From contig ML996690.1 of the NCBI GenBank assembly GCA_010356995.1, positions 203,101 through 267,100 on the forward strand: 64,000 nt of DNA, read 5' to 3'. The position numbers were made by a program, and so were the translations under genes. Under the pieces are notes generated by a model that was given only the letters and a program-made list of their open reading frames with translations, searched no databases and had not been told where the DNA came from. Position 1 is the first letter of the stretch. Each line of letters begins with the position of its first letter. This stretch comes from Trichodelitschia bisporula (taxonomy: Eukaryota). Of the stretch, positions 1 through 11,700 are shown piece by piece.

Positions 1-3000
1 AAGCCGGCAAACCTCGCGACGCGCCTTGCCGCGACTCCCGTTGACCGCAATACGCCGGTTCCAAGCAGTGATCCGGTTGCTCTTTCTAGTCCCCTGACCA
101 CTGGGCGCAACAAGGAGAATGGTCGGGCTTCTCGTCCTGCCGCAGTGAAGCGTGCTGGCGAGGACGCAGACGACATGCCTAGCTCACCAGTGAAGAAGGT
201 ATGTGATGTAATTGCGATATATTTTCCGCACTGACAACTTCAGGGGAGGAAGGCCGTTAAATACGCGGAGTCGGAAGATGAGGCCAATATCGACGAGGTC
301 TTCAAACCTGTCGACGCAAACCGGCGTAGAGTGAACCCCAGCAAGCGCAGAAAGACGGCCATTGAAGATTCTGACGACGAGTTCGGCCTTGATGCGGACA
401 CGGAGGCCGCCATGCTTGCGGCCGAAGAAGGCATGTTCTATGTCCAGTTTCATAACCCTAGCTGACGTACCAGACATGGACAACTTTGTCGTTCCTGATG
501 ACTCTGATGATGACGTTGCAGCCTCAAATAAGCGCAAGCGGTCCGCACCGAAAGCACGCAAGGCGATCCCGTCGTCCCCTCCGCGCCCGTCCACCGACAA
601 TGAAGATGTGGAAATGGACGGGCCCACGGCTACGGCTTCACAGTGGGCGTATGATCCTGAGAATCCCGGTCCGCGCAATCCTTATAGGAAACCGGTTGAG
701 GCCAAGAAGTCAGACAAGAAGCAGAAGGCACACATGAGCGAGCCTGACCAGCGGTATCCATGGTTAGCCAACATTAAGGATGCGGATAGAAACCCCATCG
801 GTCACCCCGACTATGACCCGCGGACCATCTTTATCCCCCCCGGTGCTTGGAACAAATTCTCGCCGTTTGAAAAGCAGTACTGGGAGATCAAGTGCAAGCT
901 CTGGGACACCATCGTCTTCTTCAAGAAGGGCAAGTTCTATGAACTCTACGAGAACGATGCCACCATTGGCCACCAGCTGTTCGACCTCAAGCTCACCGAC
1001 CGTGTCAATATGCGTATGGTCGGAGTCCCAGAGGCGAGTCTGGATCTATGGGCGAACCAGTTCCTTGCCAAGGGCTTCAAGATTGCTCGCGTGGATCAGA
1101 TGGAGAGTGCGCTTGCGAAGGAGATGCGAGAGCGGGATGATTCGGGCCCGAAGAGCAAGAAGGAGGAGAAGATCATCAAGCGCGAGCTGGCCAGTGTGCT
1201 GACGCTGGGCACCCTCGTCGACCCCGGCATGTTGCAAGACGACATGGCCACGTACTGCGTTGCCATTAAGGAGTCTGAAGAAGATGGTCGCCCGGTTTTC
1301 GGTATCGCCTTTGTCGACACCGCCACCGCTCAATTCCAGCTCTCGGAATTTGTCGATGACGTCGACATTACCAAGTTCGAGACCTTCGTCGCTCAGATTC
1401 GACCTGCTGAGCTTCTGCTCGAAAAGGTATGGAGTGTTCTTTCGTATGTTTCGTTAATTAACACCCCTAGGGTTGCATCTCTACTAAAGCGCTTCGTATC
1501 TTGAAGAACAACACCGGGCCTACTACGCTCTGGAACTACCTCAAGCCTGGCAAGGAGTTCTTGGAGGCCGACGTTGCTTGCCGCGACATTGATGGGAGCG
1601 ACTACTTCAAGTCGGATGACGGAGCTAATGCGTGGCCCAAGGCGCTCGAAGAAGCACGCGAGAAGGAGGTTGTGATGTCCGCCTTCGGTGCATTGCTCCA
1701 ATATCTCCGTCTTGTTAAACGCGACCAGGAGCTCATCTCCCTCGGGAACTTTACCTGGTACGATCCGATTCGTAAGGCTACTAGCTTGGTTCTGGACGGG
1801 CAAACCCTCATCAACCTCGAGATCTTCGCAAACACCTTCGATGGTGGCGCCGAGGGAACCTTGTTCCAGATGATCAACCGTTGTGTCACGCCCTTCGGCA
1901 AGCGCATGCTGCGGCAGTGGGTCTGCCACCCGCTCGCCGATGCCGCTAAGATCAATGCGCGCCTTGACGCCGTCGAAGCCATCATGGCCGATTCCGCCTT
2001 AACCAGCAACTTCACGTCATCCTTGAGCAAGATTCCTGACCTCGAGCGCCTGCTGTCTCGTATTCATGCTGGCAGTATCAAGGCGCAGGACTTCGTCCGC
2101 GTTGTCGAGGGCTTCGAGCAGATCGAGTACACGATGAGTCTTTTGGACGAACTTCCTGCGGGCGAGGGTGTCATCGGGCAGCTGCTGTCGTCGATGCCTG
2201 ACCTGGCTGGCAAGCTGGACTTCTGGAAGGACGCCTTCGACCGCACCAAGGCGCGCGAGGAGGGTATCCTCGTGCCGCAGCGTGGTGTCGAAGAGGACTA
2301 CGATGAGAGCCAAGACAAGGTCAACGGCATCTTGAGCGAGCTGGACGCCTACCTCAAAGAAGTGCGCAAGAAGCTCTCCTCCAGCTCCATCGTCTACCGC
2401 GACAACGGCAAGGAGATCTACCAGCTCGAGGTGCCGGTCAAGATCAAGACCGTGCCCAAGGGCTGGGACCAAATGTCCGCCACCAAGCAAGTCAAGCGCT
2501 TCTACAGCCCCGAGCTGCGGAACCTAGTTCGGCGTCTACAAGAAGCGCAAGAAACGCACGGCCAAATCTCACGCAAAGTAGCCGGCCGCGTCTACGCCCG
2601 CTTCGACGAAGACTACACCATCTGGCTCGCCGCCGTCCGCATCATCGCCCAACTCGACTGCCTAATCAGTCTCGCAAAAGCATCCTCCAGCCTCGGATCC
2701 CCCAGCTGCCGCCCTGAGTTCGTCAACTCCGCGCGCACAGTCGTAGAATTCGAAGACCTGCGCCACCCATGCATGATCGCCAAAGTCGACGACTTCATCC
2801 CTAATGATATCAAACTCGGCGGCTCCGCGCCGCTCATCGACCTCCTCACCGGCGCCAACGCAGCGGGTAAATCGACGGTCCTGCGCATGACCTGCATCGC
2901 CGCCATCCTCGCCCAGGTCGGGTGCCACCTACCCTGCGCATCCGCGCGCCTCACGCCTATCGACCGCATCATGTCGCGCCTCGGGGCTTTCGACAACATT

Positions 3001-3576
3001 TTCGCCGCGCAATCGACGTTCTTCGTCGAGCTCTCCGAGACCAAGAAAATCCTCGCCGAGGCCACGCCGCGCTCCCTCGTTATCCTGGACGAGCTGGGCC
3101 GGGGGACGAGTAGCTACGATGGCGTGGCGGTGGCGCAGGCCGTGCTGCACGATGTTGCGACGCGGATTGGGTGTGTTGGGTTCTTTGCTACGCATTACCA
3201 CAGCCTCGCTGCTGAATTCGCGGGACATCCGGAGATCCGCCCGGCGCGCATGGCGATTGAGGTCGATGAGGCGGAGCGCCGCGTGACCTTTTTGTATAAA
3301 CTCGAGCGCGGCGTTGCGGAGGGCAGTTTCGGCATGCATTGCGCGGCGATGTGTGGCATTCCGCGGAAGGTGATTGAGCGGGCGGAGGTTGCGGCCCGCG
3401 AGTGGGAGCATACGAGTCGGCTCAAGGATAGTCTGGAGAAGGCGAGGAGTGCGTGTTATATCCCGCTTGGGATGCAGAGTGATGTGGCGTGGGTTATGAA
3501 GAGTGGGAAGGGGGAGGAGGGGGCGGTGGGTGAGAGGACGCTTGAGGTGCTGCGGAAGGCGATTGCGGGGTTGTAG
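1..3576 (+). CDS. MSH6: DNA mismatch repair protein Msh6 (MutS family), 5' end outside window
   Basis: Mismatch-binding motif FFKKGKFYELYE, Walker A TGANAAGKST, Walker B ILDELGRGTS, and FATHYH. Inferred introns 199-243, 431-473 (GC-AG) and 1427-1470 join frame 1, ORF 362..1504 and ORF 1501..3576 in frame. Confidence 0.95.
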
Positions 3577-3793
3577 AGGCTTTTGCCTTTGTCTAGATGT
3601 GGTGTTCTGTTGTTCGGAGCAAATTGTGGGATGGGCGGTGTTCGTATGGCTGGTAATCTGAGCAATGTCTAATCTGTATCCTCACTGTGGCGATCGTATG
3701 TCCGTCGGATCGATAGTGCCTAGTTCATGTACTAGTGAGTACATGGAATGGTCCGGATAGGATGCCCACCATCAGCATGCTTGAGCAACACCA

Positions 3794-3883
3794 GCCCCTT
3801 TAGCTCAGTTGGTAGAGCGCGGCACTAGTACCTGTTCACAACAGTCAATGCCGAGGTCGATAGTTCAACTCTGTCAGGGGGCA
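3794..3883 (+). tRNA. tRNA-Thr (anticodon AGT) with a 17-nt intron at 3831-3847
   Basis: Acceptor stem GCCCCTT/AGGGGGC plus discriminator A, D arm GCTC-AGTTGGTA-GAGC, anticodon stem CGGCA/TGCCG with loop CT-AGT-A, intron after position 37, T arm GATAG-TTCAACT-CTGTC. Confidence 0.93.
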
Positions 3884-3906
3884 AGCTTAAGCAGCTTGAT
3901 TCTTTG

Positions 3907-3916
3907 TTTTTTTTTT
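3907..3916 (+). terminator. Oligo-T RNA polymerase III terminator of the tRNA gene
   Basis: T10 run about 24 nt downstream of the tRNA 3' end. Confidence 0.7.
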
Positions 3917-4390
3917 ATCTCAACATTTTGGTCCCGCTGCCTTGGGCATTGAGTCGCGGTTGTCACTCGTTGGGACTGACCGTAAGCATAGTATTTGATG
4001 AGACACCTTAAATCACAAGCATGCATCCCACACATCACATCAACAAGGTAAATGGGGGGAACGATGAGTTATCATGAGCCAGTACCTATCCAGAGCCGCT
4101 GTCTGAATAAGTCTAAAACGAGCTCAAGGAAATATATGAACTGTGCAACTGGGGGTATAACAAGCCACCGAGAACGCCATCAGCTATGAAAAATGCAAGC
4201 GGAAAAGGTCGTGTCCTCTCATTCGCACATCTCCATACTAAGCCCGCACAACCGTGAAACCCAGATATGCGCTAGTGACGAATCAAATAGCGTGTCTGGC
4301 AGTTTCGGCCTGAGAAGGAGAAGGCAGGGGAGCCTCAGTTTGGGATCGCTCAGCAGCCGCTCAAAAGCGTTTGCCATGGTAAGGATCTGC

Positions 4391-7300
4391 TTAAACGTTA
4401 GCACTGGTCAAATCCGGAAGGGGGATTATACTTTTCGAGCGACCTTGAGACGAAGTACCCGGAGCAAGTGTGCTACCCTTGGTGATTTTGCTAGCGGGCT
4501 TCTTCGTGGGTTTGCTGGTGGATTCGGCAGTGCTGCTCGGGGTGGAGGAGCTTCCCGGTAGCGACTGGCGAGACAACTTAGAGGAAGACCTCTTCTTGAC
4601 CTTTTCACCTGTCCCGTCAAGATTGCTGGGAAAGCTCTTTCTGACCGGCTTAGGCGGAACAACGAAACCGCCATTGCTGTTAAAGCTAGAGGCGGGCTTC
4701 GCAGGGACCTCAGGTTTCGTAGCCTGAGGCTTTGTAGTTTTGACGATCGTGCCGGGGCGAGGGGGTTTGCTGGAGGCGGGCTTGATCAGAGTTTGGCGCG
4801 CCGTGGCCTTCGAAGTTGGAGCGTCGGGGTTACGCGGCGCCACAGCTGGATTGACATTGCCGTTGGTGGGTTTCTCGGAAACCTTAGCTTTCTCAATGTC
4901 AGCTTCGATGTCAGGAGTGGGAGACATTTCCTGGTCGGTCACCAGTGCTGAGTCTACTGCAGATAGGACTTTGCCGTTAGTCACGTTCGTCAAGGAAGCA
5001 CCGGCCATGCCGTTAGCTGCTTCAATGGTACGCTGCTTCTTCGCAGGAAGACGCTGAGGCGTATCAAAAGCCTTGCGACGAGGGGCGTGGGAGCGAGCCA
5101 GAACACCTGAGACATCCGTAGTAGTAGATACGGAAGGAGTACTACAACGTTAGAGTACATACGAGATTGGGTTTGAGATACATACCGGCTGGCTTCAGGA
5201 GACACAATGGCTCGCATGGCCTCCAACGTCAGAACACGGGTCGTGTACCGCGGAGTGATGGTCCCATAGTAGTACTCAGAATAAGGAACTGGTTCTTGCC
5301 CATTCCTCACGAGATCAATCACGTAAGGAAGGTAGTCTTTGTCATGTCGAATCACGTAGTCATCCCAAAGGGATGGATGGGGACGGAACTCGGACGCCGA
5401 GCTCGCCTCAACGCAGATGTTCTTGAAATGGCCGATATTTCCGTGATACTCGGGGTACACTACGGAGAACTCGAGATATATCTCCTCAAGACTGGGAGCT
5501 TGGGCGGATGTCGGGACGAGCGCCCATGCGTGACCGCGTGAACTGACTGATATCGGAGACGCCTGCTGGAAGGACGTTGGATCAACCTGCATAGGCGATG
5601 CGGAACGATGCTGGAAAACAGTTGGGGATGGCTGCGCAGACTGGGGCTGCGACCCTTGAGTAAAACCAGGCGACTGGTATTCCAGGACGCGTGCCAGCGA
5701 CTTATGAGAGGAAACTGCAGAAGGTTGTCGAAGAAACGGACTCTGTTGCTGGATAGGGGTCCGGGCGCCGCTTGCGTTTGAAAAGGCATGAGGGCTCTCT
5801 GGAAGAGAGTGTTGAGACTCAATAGAGTGGCGCCGGGGACCTGGCAGAGATGGAGAAGGGACGAATCCAGGACTGATAGACGGCTCACGATTCATTATGC
5901 CGGCTCCAGATGCCGTTGGGGTTTGGGCATTCGGACCCTGCTCAGATCCTCCGTTGGGTGTCTGGTGTGCAGGAAAAGAATTGTCCTGCCCCATTGCCCG
6001 TAATTCCGCGTTCAACGATGCTCTGTTGGAAAATCCGACTGCTTCTGGTTGCGACGCAGCATGCATGTGCTCCGCGGTGGACAGTTCATGAGAACCAGTA
6101 GGTGCACTAGACAAGCTGCGTCTGCGGGCGTGAATTGCCGACAACCCGGAGCTCGGCAGGGCTGAGGTGCTCAAAGCCGACGACGCAAACGCAGCGCGGT
6201 AGCTTGATGACGACCGCAAAGGGGATGAGTTGGTTGCGGGTAAATTCGTCCCAAAGCTTTGCGTCTGGAATAATTCATGGACTTCGTTACGATGCTGCAC
6301 TTGTGTTGCCACCGCAGCATCCATCGCACTCTGGACGGGGTCTCGGCTAATAAAAGTCTTCTCAGCCGACATGGGGGAGATACCAGGAGGCTGAAAGCTG
6401 GTGGGAGCACTGTGCTTCGCAGATTGACCAGTGTATTCCAGCGACGATTGCGGAACAGATGTGGTGGAGGTGCTGGACTGGAGCCGCTTAGCAAGTCGGA
6501 CCTGCGGCGTGTCTTCTACTTCGACTACGACGTCAATGTTTACATTCGTCTCTACTGCTGTTTCGAGGGCTCGGGGAACATCCATTTCCATTTCCATTTC
6601 ACTGTCCTCTTCCTGGAGATCTTGACGCTTCTGGAGCCGTTGTTGTACATCGGCTGACTCGGCAAGCGGCCGCTTCTGATGCTCCTTGTGGCGCATATTG
6701 CCGGCATGGCCCAAATCTCGCACGGGGGAAGAATCTGGTGGAAGATCAGTGCCAGACGGCAAAGCGTCATCGTGTGCCCGCAAAGTAGGCGACAGTGGCC
6801 ACTCGTCTTCGCCCAACGCCTCGGAAGAGTCAGAATCAGAATCAGTATTGTTGACGTTTATTGCCTCAGCCACTTTCGGAGTGTCTGCATTCTTCGGCAT
6901 AGCCGAAGCACGATAACGCTCATACCACAAAGTCGGCACGTTGAGAACTGGGAATGAGACACCAGGGTGCTGTGGAAACCAGGAGGTGCGTTTCTCGAGA
7001 AGCTCCTCTTGATCCTTTGGAATAACTGTGAGCGTCCGAGTGATACGAGCAAAGCTGCTCCATGGATCAGATTTCTCAACCGCAGGACCCTTGGTCGATA
7101 CAACGGTGGACAACGCGGCGTCGGGCTCAGCAGTTACAACTGACTCGGGAGCATTGAGTGCAGATGGGACAGATTCAAGCTCGTCAAGATGGACTGGGTT
7201 GTCTTTTGTGGCGCCGAGTGTCGTCTCGAGGTTCAGGGCCGAGTCTCCAACTAACATGCCCGACTGCACGTTGAACGTGAGAAGCGACTCCGATGGGCCA

Positions 7301-8081
7301 TTGGTCAGGTTTGTAGATACCGTACCACCCCAGTCAAAATCCGGGAGCTCCTGCTTAATCACTGGCGTGATTTGACCATCTTGCAGAGGGGGCTCTGGAC
7401 CCCGAAGAGATGCTGTGTTGTGCACAAACTGTGTGGCGAATTGACTCTCTCCTACCCCATTAGGGGGCGCCATCTCAATCTCACAGAGCCGATCCAATTC
7501 TCTTATGAACTCCACGATTTTGGGAAGTGTCGCAGCCCAAGGTGGCTTATTGGGAATGGAAGACTTTCCGGTCACTGAGAACTTTTCCACGATGAGCTTG
7601 ACGGCAGAATCAACACCGCCGTAGCAGGTGAAGATCAGCTCGAACTCATGTAATTCAATGATGGCACCCGGAGAGAGCTGGTTGAGCTGCGGGACCGGTA
7701 AAGCCTGCAGCGCACCGGGGGTGATGGATACTGCGATAGATACATAATCGTCGGAGAGGATAGCATTCCGATAGGAAGTCGGGTCCGGCTTGTTTTGGAC
7801 CTACTGATATCAGCAAGTTCCGCAAAGGAAAATTGAACGCGACTTACGTCAATGATGTGCAAGACGTATGGGCCTCCTTTTTTCGAAGTGAATGTCGCGT
7901 GGACGTCGGCGTCGGTATACCTTGCGCCCGTCGAGCGATTGGTGAGCGGTGGAACTGTTTTTGAAGCACTGCGCCTCCAGGAAAGGAGGGGGTGAACCTC
8001 CTCGACAATGAATGTAGCAAGCCAATTATTCATGGACTGTGACGCGTCGTAAGGGAGTCGGGGAGTAGGTTGCGTCTCCAT
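4391..8081 (-). CDS. Shelterin TPP1/Est3-like OB-fold telomere protein with a long disordered region; exact 3' end uncertain
   Basis: Splicing GT-AG introns 7801-7847 and 5142-5185 joins ORFs 7635..8081, 4990..7590 and 4391..5008. The N-terminal part then reads NAILSDDYVSIAV...GAIIELHEFELIFTCYG, resembling the TPP1/Est3 OB fold. Internal block YPEYHG...HF...HPSLWDDYVIRH..DY..Y...PVPYSEYY matches what I recall from Pezizomycotina homologs. A further intron (GCTAAC...CAG near 4387-4402) may extend the C-terminus. Confidence 0.72.
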
Positions 8082-8728
8082 GGTGGCAACGGTGGTGAGG
8101 GGAGGTGTTGCGGAGTAAAGAATGGAGTGAGGTTGAGAAGAATGTATGGCTGCAGTAAGCTACTGTAAGGGTTGTACTCCCATGACTCAATTAGCGACAG
8201 GCCAAATCGTCGCGATGTGGTCAAGATGAGAAGGATAGAGGCGGCATATCGAAGGTGCGTTGGGCACGTAGTATGGAGTTGCGGCAGGAAGTTTGGACTG
8301 CGTTTCGCGACACCACGGGGTCACGCGTCTGTGGCGGGGTCCTGGAACATCGTTGTTCCCCTTCCGCCTGCCATGTCGTCAGACGTCGATCTTGAGCCTG
8401 ACTTCAAACGAGGCATGCGCATCTCGTTCAAAGACATTCCCTCCTGCTTGATTTCAAACACCTGACCGCTCTCTTTTGCTTCTTCAACAACGGTTCGCCT
8501 TTCAACCGTTCGCCGGTTTCCACTCCTTCCCAAGGCCTTCATGTCCGCTTCCACTTCCCTCCGCCCCAAAGGTACTCACTCAGTCACCCCGCCCTCTGCC
8601 TACTTTCACCAGCGCGTCTCCAAGCTGACTCCCGAGTCGCAGAATCCTCCACCGCTCATATCCGTCAACTTCCTTGTCTGACGGGTGATCCCACATGCTG
8701 GCTGGCGCGCTGAGCCTCGCCGGTCACC

Positions 8729-11700
8729 ATGGCTCGATCGCGCAGTCCGTCCGCCTCCTCCGCCCTCTCCTCTATATCCTCTCGGCCGACGCTGGACAAA
8801 GAGGCGCTGTCGCTTGCCCTGGACCAGATTCACACTTCAGCTTCTCGAACCGATACCCTCACTACGTTCGATGACTTCGCCGCGCCTCCACGCCCGACCA
8901 GCAGCAATGAGACCAAAACCTTCAACGCGGGTGAGATAGTTCCAGGCGGTTTGAGCGGATTATACAGTCGAATCAAGGCATCAGTTGGCGCGGCGAGAGA
9001 TGCAGTGTCTGGTACTACGGTCGATAGTGCCGATGACGCCTCTCTCAAAAGTGTCAAGCCCAAGCCTTTGGTGGCCAAAGTCTCCGTTGCGACGACTGCT
9101 GTCAACGCGGAATCGACGCCCTCTTCACGCCTACAGTCGCCTCTATCGGCAAAATTTTCGGATGCACCGGTCACAGTCAGCGAGAGCTCTGAGTTCCCCG
9201 GCAAGCTTCCACCTCCACCACAGGAAAGGCTACAGCCCGGGAGTGCGGAGTCGCTGGTGCGGGCTCCGAAGGGCGGTGATCGGTCTCCCGATAGTGCCCG
9301 CCGCAAACAGAGTAGCGGAGAGGCGTCTATGAGCAGGCCGCGTCCGTCGGATGCTTCGCTTGAGGGCACGATATTGCTCAGGCCAGCCGATCCCTTGGTT
9401 CCTGGCATTAAGCTACAAGATACGAGGCTGAAGCAAGTCGGATTTGGGGTCTCGAGGGACGGTCCTGTGGATCCTGCCAGGCCTCGAAATGTGGTCACGT
9501 CTGCGCCAACCTCAAAGGGGGCGCCCTTCGTGCAAATGCTTGATTTTAGATCTAGACAGGATTCGTCCGGCCCCTTGGCGGAGGTGTCTGGTTCGTTCCA
9601 AGGCTCGGGGGAACCTTCTGCCACGCCAAACCTCTTGTCTGCCGCCGGCAGCAACTCGCGTCCGCCGCTTCTTCAAATAGGTGCTTCTCACCTTCCCGGC
9701 TACCGCCCGTCTCGTTCAAACTCTTCCGAAGGCGACTTTAGCTCGGTAGCGACGATGATCGCCCCCGTACGTCGTCCGCATTATGAGGATATCGAAGAGC
9801 ACCCCAGACCCACTCATGTTGACGAAGATCACATCTCACGGATGAGGAGCAAGATATTAGCCAAGGAACTGTGGATGCGAGATGAAAATGCGAAGGACTG
9901 CTTCTATTGCGGAGACACCTTCTCGGCATTCCGGAGAAAGCATCACTGCCGCATCTGTGGGAATATCTTTGACTCCAAATGCACTACGCTGGTCGATGGC
10001 AAGATGTTTGGGCAGTCAGGCAGAATTAGAGTGTGTACGGGATGTGAAGGCATCGTTTATGGCACGGACGACGACTCATCTGAGTACTCAGACGATGGCT
10101 CTGTCGCACATCAAACTTCCCCTCGCAACACTGCAGACTGGACACCCTTGGTCGGGCAACAGAACTGGGAGTCCGGAGCCCAGGATGACCACTTGACCGT
10201 TGGCACGCCTACGATGGGCATCCCTGTATCGTGGGAGTCAAAACGGCGGTCTGCCGTCATCGAGTTTGACAATGAGCCTTCTCTAGCGCGTCCCAGCTCG
10301 TCCCGATCACTCAGGTCGTTGAGTGGCCACCCACGATCTTCCACTCACAGGCGTCACTTGTCACGCCATGGCCATCAGCACATGAAAAGTCTTAAAGGTC
10401 TCACTGATGACCGTGCCCCCTTTCAGGGCCATGATATGGAGTCAGTGAACAAAGGCTTTCTGCTCCCTGCCTTCCACCACGACAATATTATTGACCCTGA
10501 TCTTGCGCCTTTTCTATCCGACGACGGTTCGAGTGAAGAAGATACACCTAGCATATTTGCAACCCTAAACTCGGACCCACACTCCCCTACAAGAGGCGAA
10601 ACCGATCGGTCAGGCTTTGGGGGCCTTTTCTCATCCGTCCGCCGGGGCAAAACCTGGGCTGACCGAAATGTACCAATAGGCCACGCCAGTGGTGCTGACA
10701 CTATGAGTATGCTGGGAAGGGCCAACTCGCGCCACAACCGCAAGCGCACCTTGAGCGTCAGTAGCATCTACCATCCTCGCCCCTCCCCCAGGCGCACGAA
10801 GAGCAAGAGCTTGTTGAATGGATTCTCTTCTAATATGCCCGCATCGCTGATGCCAACTGGCACCCCGAAGAACCCCCCTCTGCCCAGCCGCGGGCCGAAC
10901 AAGATGATGCGCAGCGCGTCGATGCGCGGGGCCTCCGCCCCCGTTGTTGAGCTCAACCAGGCGAGCTTGCTGCACGTGCGACGCATGCTGAAGCAGATGT
11001 TACAGGATGCTCAGATTCCGAACTCACGGCGGTGGGAAAAGGCGTTACGGCCCATCTTGCTTCAGTGCACCGATGACGTCAATCCGGACATTCAGCGCAA
11101 CGACGATATTGACGTCCGTCATTACATCAAGCTGAAGAAGATCCCAGGTGGGAAACCAGGCGATACCAGCTATGTCTCTGGAGTGGTATTCACGAAGAAC
11201 CTCGCACTGAAGAGCATGCCGCGGAGTATCCCTCAACCACGGATTGCCATTGTTGCATTCCCGATTGAATATACCCGGCACGAACAACACTTCATGAGTC
11301 TTGAGCCTGTGATCGCGCAGGAGCGCGAATACCTGTGGAATCTCGTCAAGCGGATCGCCGCGCTGAATCCACAGGTGCTACTGGTGGAGAAGAACGTCGC
11401 CGGGCTGGCCTTGGATTTTCTCGAGCAGGCTGGCATTGCCGTTATTTGCAATGTCAAGCCCTCGGTGCTGAATGCGGTGGCACGGTGCACCCAGACTCGC
11501 CTCATAACGTCCCCGGACAAGCTCGCTATTGACCCGTCTCAATTAGGCCGCTGCGGTAGTTTCGACGTCAAGACCTACGTGCATGGAAAGATGAAGAAGA
11601 CATTTGTCTACATCAGCGGCTGTCAGAAAGATCTGGGCTGCACTATCGTACTGCGCGGCGCCGAGATGTCGTATTTGCGAAAGCTGAAGCGCATAACTGA

